Under the pieces are notes generated by a model. It was not told the origin of the DNA, did no database searches, and saw only the letters and a program-made list of their open reading frames with translations. Shown here piece after piece: positions 46,367 through 56,018 of a DNA stretch of 62,391 bases (its first letter is position 1; every line of letters begins with the position of its first letter). Source of the stretch: a virus. Taxonomy: Duplodnaviria; Caudoviricetes. The translations under genes and the position numbers were made by a program. Where the stretch lies: IMG/VR virus record IMGVR_UViG_3300046004_001609, positions 1 through 62,391 of that record; one strand, 5' to 3'.

Positions 46367-48232
46367 ATGGCAAATACAGACATATTTTCAAGACTAAAAA
46401 GATTATTTTCAACAGATGTAATTATCCGAAATGAGGGTGGAAACGACATTAAAGTAATTGATGTTAACTCTATTCAAAATAGTGGCCAATATCAAACTAA
46501 CTCATTAGGTGATCGATATAGTAGAATTTATTCTCAAAACGCTACTTCACTTTATGGACAACAATTAAATGTCAATTATCAGTACTTAAGAGCACAATTA
46601 TACTCTGATTATGACGTAATGGATACTGATGCTATTATAGCTTCAGCATTAGATATCATCGCTGATGAATGTTCATTAAAGAATGAAATGGGTGAAGTAT
46701 TACAAATTCGTAGTTCAGATGAAGATATACAAAAAATATTATACAACTTATTCTATGATGTTTTAAATATAGAATTTAACATGTGGTCATGGGTTAGACA
46801 AATGTGTAAATATGGAGATTTTTTCTTGAAATTAGATATTTCAGAAAAATTTGGAGTATATAATGTTATTCCTTACACTGCATATCATATCATGCGTCAA
46901 GAAAATTATGATATAAAAAATCCACAATCAATAAGATTCAGATTTAGTCCAGATGGTTATGTTGGTGGTACAGGACAATTTACAGTTCCTAATCAACAAT
47001 TTGACGAAACAAATGGTATATATTTTGATAATTTTGAGATGGCTCATTTTAGATTATTAACGGATGTTAACTACCTTCCCTATGGTCGTTCATATCTTGA
47101 ACCAGCTCGTAAATTATTTAAACAATATACATTGATGGAAGATGCTATGTTAATTCATAGAATTTCCCGTGCACCTGAAAAACGTGTATTTTATATAAAT
47201 GTTGGTGCTATTCCTCCTAATGAAGTAGAAAACTTTATGAAGAAGACAATCACTACAATGAAAAAAACTCCATATATGGATCATCAAACTGGTGAATATA
47301 ATTTAAAATACAACATGCAAAACATGTTAGAAGATTTTTACATCCCAGTTCGTGGTAATGACACATCAACTAAAATTGAAACAACCAAAGGTTTAGAGTA
47401 TGATGGTATTAAGGATGTTGAATATTTAAGAGATAAGTTATTTGCTGCCCTTAAAGTACCTAAAGCATTTATGGGTTACGAAAAAGATTTAACTGGTAAA
47501 GCAACATTAGCAGCTGAAGATATTCGTTTTGCTCGTACAATTGACAGAATTCAACGTATTATATTATCTGAATTAAATAAAATAGCATTAGTACATTTAT
47601 ATACTCAAGGCTTTATTGGTGAATCATTAACTAATTTTGAAATTTCATTAACAACTCCATCAATTATTTACGATCAAGAACGTATTGCGTTAATGAAAGA
47701 AAAAGTCGATTTAGCTAAAAATATTATGGAAGCCCAATTATTACCAACTGATTGGATATATCACAATGTGTTTCACTTTAGTGAAGACCAATTTGATGAA
47801 TATAGAGATTTAATATTACAAGATGCTAAACGCAAATTCAGATTGGGTCAAGTAACTGAAGAAGGTAATGATCCATTAGAAACAGGTAAATCTTATGGTA
47901 CACCACATGATTTAGCTTCATTATATGGTAAAGGTAGAACAATATCTGACCCAGGAAATGTACCAGCTGGATATGAAGATGATACTACTTTAGGACGTCC
48001 TGAAAAAAAAGTGTCAAATATTAATACACAAGATAATGTATTTGGTAAAGATAGATTAGGTAGAGATTCAATGAAAAACGATGATCAACAAAAATATAAT
48101 GGTAAAATTAACGAGAATGCTCAAATTACATATCTAAAAAATAAACAATTCTTAACTGAATTGGATAAAAAATTAGTATTTCAAACTGATAAAGCTAAAG
48201 AATCATTGTTAGATGAAAATCGACTTTCATAG
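46367..48232 (+). CDS. Portal protein (gp20-like)
   Basis: MEDAMLIHRISRAPEKRVFYINVG; EDFYIP; LFAALKVPK. Confidence 0.95.
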   Translation: MANTDIFSRLKRLFSTDVIIRNEGGNDIKVIDVNSIQNSGQYQTNSLGDRYSRIYSQNATSLYGQQLNVNYQYLRAQLYSDYDVMDTDAIIASALDIIADECSLKNEMGEVLQIRSSDEDIQKILYNLFYDVLNIEFNMWSWVRQMCKYGDFFLKLDISEKFGVYNVIPYTAYHIMRQENYDIKNPQSIRFRFSPDGYVGGTGQFTVPNQQFDETNGIYFDNFEMAHFRLLTDVNYLPYGRSYLEPARKLFKQYTLMEDAMLIHRISRAPEKRVFYINVGAIPPNEVENFMKKTITTMKKTPYMDHQTGEYNLKYNMQNMLEDFYIPVRGNDTSTKIETTKGLEYDGIKDVEYLRDKLFAALKVPKAFMGYEKDLTGKATLAAEDIRFARTIDRIQRIILSELNKIALVHLYTQGFIGESLTNFEISLTTPSIIYDQERIALMKEKVDLAKNIMEAQLLPTDWIYHNVFHFSEDQFDEYRDLILQDAKRKFRLGQVTEEGNDPLETGKSYGTPHDLASLYGKGRTISDPGNVPAGYEDDTTLGRPEKKVSNINTQDNVFGKDRLGRDSMKNDDQQKYNGKINENAQITYLKNKQFLTELDKKLVFQTDKAKESLLDENRLS

Positions 48233-48316
48233 TCGATAAAAATAATTCTACAATATATAAAAATTTTGCGTTTAAATCCAAAAATTAACATATGTATAAT
48301 AAAAATAACTATTTAA

Positions 48317-49174
48317 ATGCTAATAAAACATTCTAAGTACAAAAACACGGGCATTTTATTCGAATTGTTAGTAAGACAGATTACAGCAGATACATTATCT
48401 GGTAAAAATTCTGAGGCAACTAATATATTAAAGAAACACTTTAGCAAAACAGAATTAGGCCGTGAATACAAATTATATGATAGTTTACTTAAACGCACTA
48501 ATTTGTCAGAAGGTAAAGCAGAACTTATAATTAACACAGTATTAGAAAGTGCTAAGCAATTAAATCGTACGTCGCTTAAAAAACAAAAATACAATTTAAT
48601 TAATGAGATTAAAAAACATTACAATTTAGAAGAATTTTTTAAAACCAAACTTCCAAATTATAAATCTCATGCCGCAATTTATACGTTAATTGAGTCATAT
48701 AGTGATGGTAAAAACGTATCTCATGAACAAACTATAACTAATAAATTAGTATTATTAGAACATATATCTGCATCTCCTAAAGTAACAAAATCAACAGATA
48801 CATTTATGAATGAATTTGCTAAGGAAGATAAAGATACTCGAATATTAACTTATAAAATATTATTAGAAAAATTCAACTCTAAATACTCAGATTTTAGTAA
48901 TAATAAAAAATCCATTCTTAAAGAATTTATTAATAGTGTAGATAACACAAATAAATTAAAAGAATTTTACAATTCTAAAATTAATGAAATTAAAAGTGAA
49001 CTTGTTACATTAAATAAAAAAACCAAAAACCAAATTACTAAAATTAAAATAAATGAAGTATCTACACTTTTGGTTAAATTAGATAAAAATGATAAAGTAA
49101 CTAACGATCAATTAGTAAATTTACTTCAACATTGTGATTTATTAGAAGAACTACATTTAATTAATGGAAAATAA
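48317..49174 (+). CDS. Hypothetical helical head-region protein
   Basis: Starts KHSKYKNTGILFELL; between portal and protease; ATATGTAT at 48290. Confidence 0.85.
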   Translation: MLIKHSKYKNTGILFELLVRQITADTLSGKNSEATNILKKHFSKTELGREYKLYDSLLKRTNLSEGKAELIINTVLESAKQLNRTSLKKQKYNLINEIKKHYNLEEFFKTKLPNYKSHAAIYTLIESYSDGKNVSHEQTITNKLVLLEHISASPKVTKSTDTFMNEFAKEDKDTRILTYKILLEKFNSKYSDFSNNKKSILKEFINSVDNTNKLKEFYNSKINEIKSELVTLNKKTKNQITKIKINEVSTLLVKLDKNDKVTNDQLVNLLQHCDLLEELHLINGK

Positions 49175-49916
49175 AGAACCAACAGGATTTGAATTTAGCG
49201 ACCCAAAAACTGACACAGAAACAGGTAAAATTTCTTGGGATGTTAAGTACAAAGCTGATTATGCATTAGTATATAAAAGATTTAAGGAACTTAATAAAGT
49301 ACTTAAGGATTTTACAACATATGATGAAGTTAGAAAAGATCTTAAATTAATGGAAATTAATAAGTGGTTTAATACTTTATACAATACATTTAGAACTCAC
49401 CTCAGAAGAGAATATCCAAACCAATATAAACAACTACAAACAATAGATGAAAATCTAGTTAAAGAACTTGTTCGTAAAGCATTAGAAGAAGAAAGTGCTA
49501 CTGGAGCGGGTGCAGGTGCTGGTTCATTTACACCAGGTGAAGGAGCTCAATATGCTACTAAATATGCATATAATCCAAACAAAAAAGCTAAAGGCGCTGA
49601 AAATATTTATTACTATAAGTTAGGTTTCAAACCAGTTAATACTAAAAATTTAGATGAAAATGAAGAATCATCACAATCATATGTTGATTCATTAAATTTG
49701 TCAGATCCAGCTTTAAAACAATTCGTAGACACTAGAATAACAGATTTTGATAAAATAGAAGATAAGATAAATACTTTACTTCCATTACTAAAAAAGGCTA
49801 AAACTGAAACAATGGAGTATTACAAAATATCTCCTGATTTTAAAATTAAATACGGTACGGATTTAGCAGTAGATTACTTAGACGACTTAATAACATTATT
49901 TAAAGACAAAAAATAA
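49164..49916 (+). CDS. Hypothetical head-region protein
   Basis: Coupled ORF with internal LVKELVRKALEE. Confidence 0.8.
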   Translation: MENKEPTGFEFSDPKTDTETGKISWDVKYKADYALVYKRFKELNKVLKDFTTYDEVRKDLKLMEINKWFNTLYNTFRTHLRREYPNQYKQLQTIDENLVKELVRKALEEESATGAGAGAGSFTPGEGAQYATKYAYNPNKKAKGAENIYYYKLGFKPVNTKNLDENEESSQSYVDSLNLSDPALKQFVDTRITDFDKIEDKINTLLPLLKKAKTETMEYYKISPDFKIKYGTDLAVDYLDDLITLFKDKK

Positions 49917-49917
49917 A

Positions 49918-51078
49918 ATGGCAACATTACAAGAACACTACAACCAAATTAACGAAGGTAAAGGAAACAAAGCTCAGTTTTTAAAACAAGCTAGAGAATT
50001 ATTCCCTCAACACTTCAATCAATATTCTGACTTTAATACAGTTACAAACGTATTAAAATCTAAACAAATCATCAGTGAATCAAAAACTAATGTTGTCACT
50101 AAAGGATTTGATATCTACGATTGGAAAAAAATATTAGCTGAAGAAGTTAAAGCAGAAGAAAAAACAACATCTAAAGGTGTTATTGATACTCAAAAACATG
50201 CTTACGATAACGTAGACATGAAAAATGCTGATAATATTAACTTCAATGAAATCATGAAAGGATTTTATGCTGAGTTAAAAGATCCAAAAAACCACGATAA
50301 AACTGGTGATGAAATTAAAGCTATGGTTGTTAAAAACTTAGGTAAAGATATTTTACACTATACTAAAGATGGTATGTTTGGTGAAAAGGGATTAGGATTT
50401 ACTACTGAAGCTCCAGGTTTAGGTACTCCAAAAGAACCTAAAGGTAAATTTAAATCGTCAGGATATGGTGATTTAGATACTGAAGTAAAAATCAAAGAAC
50501 TAAAATCAAATGTTCAAGACTCATTAGGTGATAAAGAAGCAGAAACTTCAATGCCTAAAAAAGTTAAAGAAATGTCTGTAACTCCTCAAAATTCAGCTGG
50601 CGTTAAAAAAATGAAAATGCCTGGTGCTGAAAAAACGATGAAGTTGCAAGAAGGTGTAATTAATGAAAACGAAGCAGTTTATGATCAAATAGCCGATTTA
50701 GAACATGATTTGATGTTAGCTAAAAATGATGAACATAAAGCTGAAATCGAAGCAAAAATCAAATCATTAGAAGCAGAATTATTAAATGAAAATGATGAAG
50801 ATGATGATTTATTTAATACTAGAAAAGAAGCAGAAAAATTAGCAATGGATTTATCTCGTTTTAAGAAAAACGAAATTTATTATGTTGAAGAAGAAAATGG
50901 TAAATATAAAGCTGTAGAAAGTATGTATGACGAACCACCAAGAGGTGTATATTTTCAAAATGGAAATAGAAAAGGAGGCTCATACATGCCATCACCAGGA
51001 AATGACCCAAGAAATGTAGATGAATCTAAATTACGTTCTGTAATTAAATCAATGATTAAAGAATCATTAAATAAATAA
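49918..51078 (+). CDS. Hypothetical prohead-core-like protein
   Basis: Many [IL]xE sites; C-terminal ESKLRSVIKSMIKE. Confidence 0.8.
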   Translation: MATLQEHYNQINEGKGNKAQFLKQARELFPQHFNQYSDFNTVTNVLKSKQIISESKTNVVTKGFDIYDWKKILAEEVKAEEKTTSKGVIDTQKHAYDNVDMKNADNINFNEIMKGFYAELKDPKNHDKTGDEIKAMVVKNLGKDILHYTKDGMFGEKGLGFTTEAPGLGTPKEPKGKFKSSGYGDLDTEVKIKELKSNVQDSLGDKEAETSMPKKVKEMSVTPQNSAGVKKMKMPGAEKTMKLQEGVINENEAVYDQIADLEHDLMLAKNDEHKAEIEAKIKSLEAELLNENDEDDDLFNTRKEAEKLAMDLSRFKKNEIYYVEEENGKYKAVESMYDEPPRGVYFQNGNRKGGSYMPSPGNDPRNVDESKLRSVIKSMIKESLNK

Positions 51079-51079
51079 T

Positions 51080-51682
51080 ATGAAACCATTACTTATAGAA
51101 GTTACCCCATTTGCTATATCACCACAGTCTCTTAATGAGTCTCGTGATAGAGTATCTGGTAACCCATTAGTTGAAGGTATATTAGCTACGTGTGAAGTAA
51201 AAAACGGAAACGGTAGATATTATCCAAAAGAGTTATGGGATCGTGAAATTGATAAATACAATGTTTTGGTTAGAGAAAATAGAGCATTAGGTGAATTAGA
51301 TCATCCCGACTCTCAAATCATTAACTTAAAAAACGTATCTCACAACATCAAGAAACTTTGGTGGAAAGGGGATAAAGTAATGGGAGCAATTGAAATACTA
51401 CCTACACCATCAGGAAACATCTTAAAAGCACTTATTCAAAGTGGTATTAGCGTAGGTGTATCATCTCGTGGAATGGGTAGTTTAAAACAAGTGGGTGAAG
51501 TATTAGAAGTACAAGATGACTTCGAATTATTGTGTTGGGATTTTGTTTCAACCCCATCTAACCCAGGTTCATATATGACTCCATTAAATGAAGGTAAAAC
51601 AACAACATTAAATCCATATAATAAAGTAGATTCTATTATAACAGAAATACTTTGTTCGAATGGGTCTTGTCCAATATTTTAA
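51080..51682 (+). CDS. Prohead protease (gp21-like)
   Basis: NGNGRYY, GELDHP, VSH, GVSSRGMGS, DFVSTPS. Confidence 0.95.
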   Translation: MKPLLIEVTPFAISPQSLNESRDRVSGNPLVEGILATCEVKNGNGRYYPKELWDREIDKYNVLVRENRALGELDHPDSQIINLKNVSHNIKKLWWKGDKVMGAIEILPTPSGNILKALIQSGISVGVSSRGMGSLKQVGEVLEVQDDFELLCWDFVSTPSNPGSYMTPLNEGKTTTLNPYNKVDSIITEILCSNGSCPIF

Positions 51683-51708
51683 CCCCCTCTATATAGTATA
51701 TTTAGGCC

Positions 51709-51745
51709 AAAGCGTTCCCTTAAAAAAGGAGCGCTTTTACTTTTT
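51709..51745 (+). terminator. Rho-independent terminator
   Basis: AAAGCGTTCC/GGAGCGCTTT stem plus T-rich tail. Confidence 0.75.
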
Positions 51746-51768
51746 CTGCGTTTTTGATATATTTGCAT

Positions 51769-51776
51769 ATATGTAT
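51769..51776 (+). promoter_or_regulatory. Putative late promoter for the scaffold-capsid operon
   Basis: ATATGTAT with TGCG 18 nt upstream; a similar arrangement (19 nt) occurs at 48267-48297. Confidence 0.6.
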
Positions 51777-51883
51777 ATTAGAATGTGCCCAATTTTATGA
51801 GGCGCTAAATTAATAAAACTTATTACGCTTCGAAGATTCCTTCACATTAAGCGTATTTCCAACAAAAACAAATTAAGGAAAAA

Positions 51884-52861
51884 ATGGCAACAAACAGAGA
51901 CTTGCTTGCAGAAGCAATCGCAGATGCTAAGACTGTTAAAGCAACAGCAATCGCAAATGCAAAAGCTGCTTTGGAAGAAGCATTCACTCCACATTTGACT
52001 CAAATGCTATCAGCTAAACTCCAGGAAATGGATTTAAATGAGTCAGAAGATGTAGATGCAGCAGACAATGCAGCAAATTCTATTGGTGATGATGAAGTTA
52101 CTTTAGAAGAACTTTTAGCTGAATTAGAATCAGATGATGATTTAGTAAAAGAAGCAAAAGATGAAGAAGAAGAAACTGAAGAAGAAGATGAAGAATCTGA
52201 AGAAATGTCTATTGAAGACATGGATGAAGATGATTTAAAATCATTCATTGAAGACGTTATTAAAGACATGGTTAAAGCAGGGGAACTTGAGGCTGGTCAT
52301 GAAGGAATGGAAAACGAAGAAGGCGCTGAAAAACCAGAAGCTGAAGATGAAGAATCTGAAGAAGAAGGTGAAGAAGAAGAAATCGACGTTGACGCATTAC
52401 TAGAAGAAGAAGGAATAGAAAAAGAAGTTACTTTAGACGAACTTTTAGCTGAGCTAGAAGGAGGTTTAGATAAAGAAACAGAAGTTGAAAACGAAGAAAT
52501 GAAAGCAGAATTAGAAGAAGCTATGGCTACAATCGCAATTCTTAAGAAAGATCTTAACGAAATCAATTTACTAAACGCTAAATTACTTTACACTAACAAA
52601 ATCTTCCGTAACAAATCTTTAACTGAATCACAAAAAGTTAAAGTGTTAACTGCTTTTGACAAAGCAACATCTAAAAAAGAAGTTGAATTAGTTTATGAAA
52701 CTTTGAGCGAAGGATTAAAAGTATCTACTATTAGTACTAAATCACCAATCAAAGAATCATTAGGTTCAGCATCAAAAGCTTTAGGTAGTGCAGTAGCAAA
52801 ACCAATTATTGAAAACGATGCTTTCGCACGTATGCGTGAGTTAGCAGGATTAAAAAAGTAA
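51884..52861 (+). CDS. Prohead scaffolding protein (gp22-like)
   Basis: Very acidic coiled coil between protease and capsid genes; EVTL[ED]ELLAELE twice; ends FARMRELAGLKK. Confidence 0.85.
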   Translation: MATNRDLLAEAIADAKTVKATAIANAKAALEEAFTPHLTQMLSAKLQEMDLNESEDVDAADNAANSIGDDEVTLEELLAELESDDDLVKEAKDEEEETEEEDEESEEMSIEDMDEDDLKSFIEDVIKDMVKAGELEAGHEGMENEEGAEKPEAEDEESEEEGEEEEIDVDALLEEEGIEKEVTLDELLAELEGGLDKETEVENEEMKAELEEAMATIAILKKDLNEINLLNAKLLYTNKIFRNKSLTESQKVKVLTAFDKATSKKEVELVYETLSEGLKVSTISTKSPIKESLGSASKALGSAVAKPIIENDAFARMRELAGLKK

Positions 52862-52896
52862 AAACAATTAAAAACTAAAAAACAAAAAACAAAAAC

Positions 52897-54567
52897 ATGA
52901 GTTCAATTCAATCATTATTAGAATCAGCTAATCCCTGGAAATCATTACAAAGTGATGCTTCCAAATTAGCTACCAAGTGGTCTAAAACAGGCTTACTTGA
53001 AGGCTGTGGTTCAGAAGTCGACAAAAATAACATGGCGATTATCTTAGAAAACCAAGCAAAACAATTAGTAGTAGAAACAAGTCAAACCGGCGCAGGTTCA
53101 TCAGCAGGTAGCTTTACAGTAGGTCAGTCAGAAAACTGGGCTGGTATTGCTTTACCAATGGTACGTAAAGTATTTGGTTCAATCGCAGCTAAAGAATTCG
53201 TTTCAGTTCAACCAATGAATTTACCATCAGGTCTAGTGTTCTTCTTAGATTTCCAATACGGAACAACTAAAGATCCATTTACTTCTGGTAACTCTTTATA
53301 TGGTGCTAAAAACGCAACTGGTCAATTTCCATTCCAATCAACTGGTACAACAGGTGGTTTATATGGTGCAGGTCGTTTCGCATATTCTACTAACCAATTC
53401 TCAGCTTCAGTTGCTAGTGTAAACACAACTGGTTCTTGGGCAATGGTAGGATTTGATTCAGATTTATCAGCTTCTGCTGCTAGAAATGAAATCAAAGCTT
53501 TAACAGTATCTACTGCAAGTTTAACAGCATTTGACCCAGATGCAGTTCGTGCATTTATCATCACTTCAGGTTCTGTAGCTGTAGCTGATAACTTACAAGC
53601 ATTCACTACTTATAACTACACTGCTGGAACAATTACATTCTATGTAACTGCTTCTACTGCTGAAGTTGCTGCTTCTGCTTCTATGGTAGTTGAGTATAAC
53701 AAAATTACTGCTGATAATAATCGTGGTGACTTTGAAGATACTGCTGCTACATCTTTCTCTGTACCAAATGCTAACAGTGCATCTACAATCGTTATCCCTG
53801 AGATCAACATTAAAATGCAATCACAAGCAATTGTTGCTAAGACTAAAAAGTTAAAAGCTGTATGGACTCCTGAGTTCGCACAAGATTTAAATGCTTACCA
53901 AAACATCGATGCTGAAGCTGAATTAACTAACGTAATGAGTGAATACATTTCAATGGAAATTGATTTGGAGATCTTAGATATGTTAATTGAAGATGCAGCT
54001 GCTGCAACTGAATATTGGACAGTATTAAACAATGGTGTTTATAACCCAACTAATGCTAATGGATTTGATTTTCCAAGTTCAACTAGCCAAACAGGATTCT
54101 ATAACACTCAAGGTGCTTGGTTCCAAACTTTAGGTACTAAAATGCAAAAAGTAAGTAACAAAATTCACCAATTAACAATGCGTGGTGGTGCTAATTTCTT
54201 AGTATGTTCTCCAACAGTTGCTACTGTTTTAGAATCTATCCCAGGATTTGCTGCTAGCACAAATGGTGATGTTGCTAACATGGAATATGCAATGGGTGTA
54301 CAAAAAGTTGGTGCTATCAACAACCGTTACACAGTATACAAAAACCCATATATGACTGAAAACGTTATTTTAATGGGCTTCCGTGGTAAACAATTCTTGG
54401 AAACAGGTGCTGTTTTTGCTCCATACATTCCATTAATCATGACTCCATTAGTTTATGATCCGTCAACATTCACTCCACGTAAAGGTTTAATGACTCGTTA
54501 CGCTAAGAAGATGTTACGTCCTGAGTTTTATGGTAAAATTTATGTTAGTGGTTTAAATAGCCTATAA
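52897..54567 (+). CDS. Major capsid protein (gp23-like)
   Basis: SVQPMNLPSGLVF; KLKAVWTPEFAQDL; EIDLEI; APYIPL; GLMTRY. Confidence 0.97.
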   Translation: MSSIQSLLESANPWKSLQSDASKLATKWSKTGLLEGCGSEVDKNNMAIILENQAKQLVVETSQTGAGSSAGSFTVGQSENWAGIALPMVRKVFGSIAAKEFVSVQPMNLPSGLVFFLDFQYGTTKDPFTSGNSLYGAKNATGQFPFQSTGTTGGLYGAGRFAYSTNQFSASVASVNTTGSWAMVGFDSDLSASAARNEIKALTVSTASLTAFDPDAVRAFIITSGSVAVADNLQAFTTYNYTAGTITFYVTASTAEVAASASMVVEYNKITADNNRGDFEDTAATSFSVPNANSASTIVIPEINIKMQSQAIVAKTKKLKAVWTPEFAQDLNAYQNIDAEAELTNVMSEYISMEIDLEILDMLIEDAAAATEYWTVLNNGVYNPTNANGFDFPSSTSQTGFYNTQGAWFQTLGTKMQKVSNKIHQLTMRGGANFLVCSPTVATVLESIPGFAASTNGDVANMEYAMGVQKVGAINNRYTVYKNPYMTENVILMGFRGKQFLETGAVFAPYIPLIMTPLVYDPSTFTPRKGLMTRYAKKMLRPEFYGKIYVSGLNSL

Positions 54568-54592
54568 TTATAAATTAACATAATTTCTAAAG

Positions 54593-54625
54593 ATAGCCGA
54601 GCCTGTAAGCTCGGCTATTTTTTTT
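54593..54625 (+). terminator. Strong Rho-independent terminator after the capsid gene
   Basis: ATAGCCGAGC-CTGTAA-GCTCGGCTAT plus T tract. Confidence 0.92.
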
Positions 54626-54657
54626 CATTGGTTGTTTAATATTTATCAATAAAAGCT

Positions 54658-55341
54658 ATGTTTCAAAATTCAAACGAAGAAGTTTTTCAAAACAAAAAGA
54701 AACCTAAAGGTCCTATTAAATTCAAAATTGAACTTAATTCTGAGCAAAAAGAAGCAAAACAAGTAATATTGGATTGCCCAGTAGTATTACTAAAAGGGAT
54801 GGCTGGTAGTGGTAAAACATTAGTCGCATGCCAGGCAGCATTAGATTTAGTTTTTAAAAAGGAAATGGATAAAATTATTATCACAAGACCTACTGTATCT
54901 AAAGAAGAAATTGGATTTCTACCAGGCGATTTAAAAGAAAAAATGGATCCATGGTTAGCCCCAATTTATGCCAATTTATATCTATTGTATGATAAAGAAA
55001 AAATCGATAAAATGGTTTTAGAAAATCAAATCGAAATAGTACCATTTGCATTTATGAGGGGTAGAACGTTTCCTAATGCGTTTGTAATCGTTGATGAATG
55101 CCAAAATATAACACACTCACAAACTGAAATGATGTTAGGTCGTTTAGGTAAAGGAGGCAAAATTGTATTTTGTGGTGATTTGGCTCAAGTCGATTTAAAA
55201 AGCAAAAAAGATTCTGGTATTGGATTTTTCCCACGACTAGAAGAACGAATTAAAGGTGTAAAAATTATATCTTTAAAGAAAAATCATAGACATGAAATAG
55301 TAGAGGAAATATTAAAAACATACGAAGAATTTAGAGACTAA
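54658..55341 (+). CDS. phoH: PhoH-family ATPase
   Basis: GMAGSGKT, GFLPGDL, FMRGRT, DECQN, GDLAQ. Confidence 0.95.
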   Translation: MFQNSNEEVFQNKKKPKGPIKFKIELNSEQKEAKQVILDCPVVLLKGMAGSGKTLVACQAALDLVFKKEMDKIIITRPTVSKEEIGFLPGDLKEKMDPWLAPIYANLYLLYDKEKIDKMVLENQIEIVPFAFMRGRTFPNAFVIVDECQNITHSQTEMMLGRLGKGGKIVFCGDLAQVDLKSKKDSGIGFFPRLEERIKGVKIISLKKNHRHEIVEEILKTYEEFRD

Positions 55342-55364
55342 TAAAACAATAAATAAAACAATAA

Positions 55365-55589
55365 ATGAAAACACTAATTTACTTTAACAGACCAGATTGT
55401 CCTGAAAATATGGGCATAAGTCAATTAACAGATGATTTACAACAATTTTTAGCAGAGAGATCATCAATTATTATTAATCCTATTATTGATGAGAATATTC
55501 TTACTTTTGATAAACCAGAAACTGAAGGAGAATTATTTAACAGAGGATACGCTATTTTAACTGAAACTCCTGACGATTTTCAAAACTAG
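55365..55589 (+). CDS. Small hypothetical protein, copy 1
   Basis: Near-identical ends to 61967..62176. Confidence 0.85.
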   Translation: MKTLIYFNRPDCPENMGISQLTDDLQQFLAERSSIIINPIIDENILTFDKPETEGELFNRGYAILTETPDDFQN

Positions 55590-55637
55590 TATTAGTAACT
55601 AGAATTAATCTGTAATATTTATAATAAAAATACTTAC

Positions 55638-56018
55638 ATGGCAGCAGGAAGATATTCATTTACTATAGAACAAGGATCAACCCTAAATTTAGAATTACAA
55701 TATAAAGATAGCAATGGAAACCCCATTGACCTTACAAATTATAGTGGGCAAATGCAAATTCGCCCTACTATAGCTTCATCTACTGTTTATATAACTTTAA
55801 GTAGTTCATTAGCAGCAGATGGAACTGGATTAAATTTTAGTGGTTCTAACGGATCAACTCCTCCAATTTCGGGTTCAATAGGAATATATATCTCAGCTGC
55901 TTCTTCTTCTTTATTAAATTTTGATACTGGAGTATATGATTTAGAATTATATTCAGGAAGCTTTGTATCAAGAATTTTAGAAGGTCAAGTAAAATTATCA
56001 CTTAACGTTACTAGATAA
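55638..56018 (+). CDS. Small Ig-like structural/adaptor protein (BppU N-terminus-like)
   Basis: IEQGST...PIDLTNYSGQMQIR...YDLEL...RILEG. Confidence 0.7.
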   Translation: MAAGRYSFTIEQGSTLNLELQYKDSNGNPIDLTNYSGQMQIRPTIASSTVYITLSSSLAADGTGLNFSGSNGSTPPISGSIGIYISAASSSLLNFDTGVYDLELYSGSFVSRILEGQVKLSLNVTR

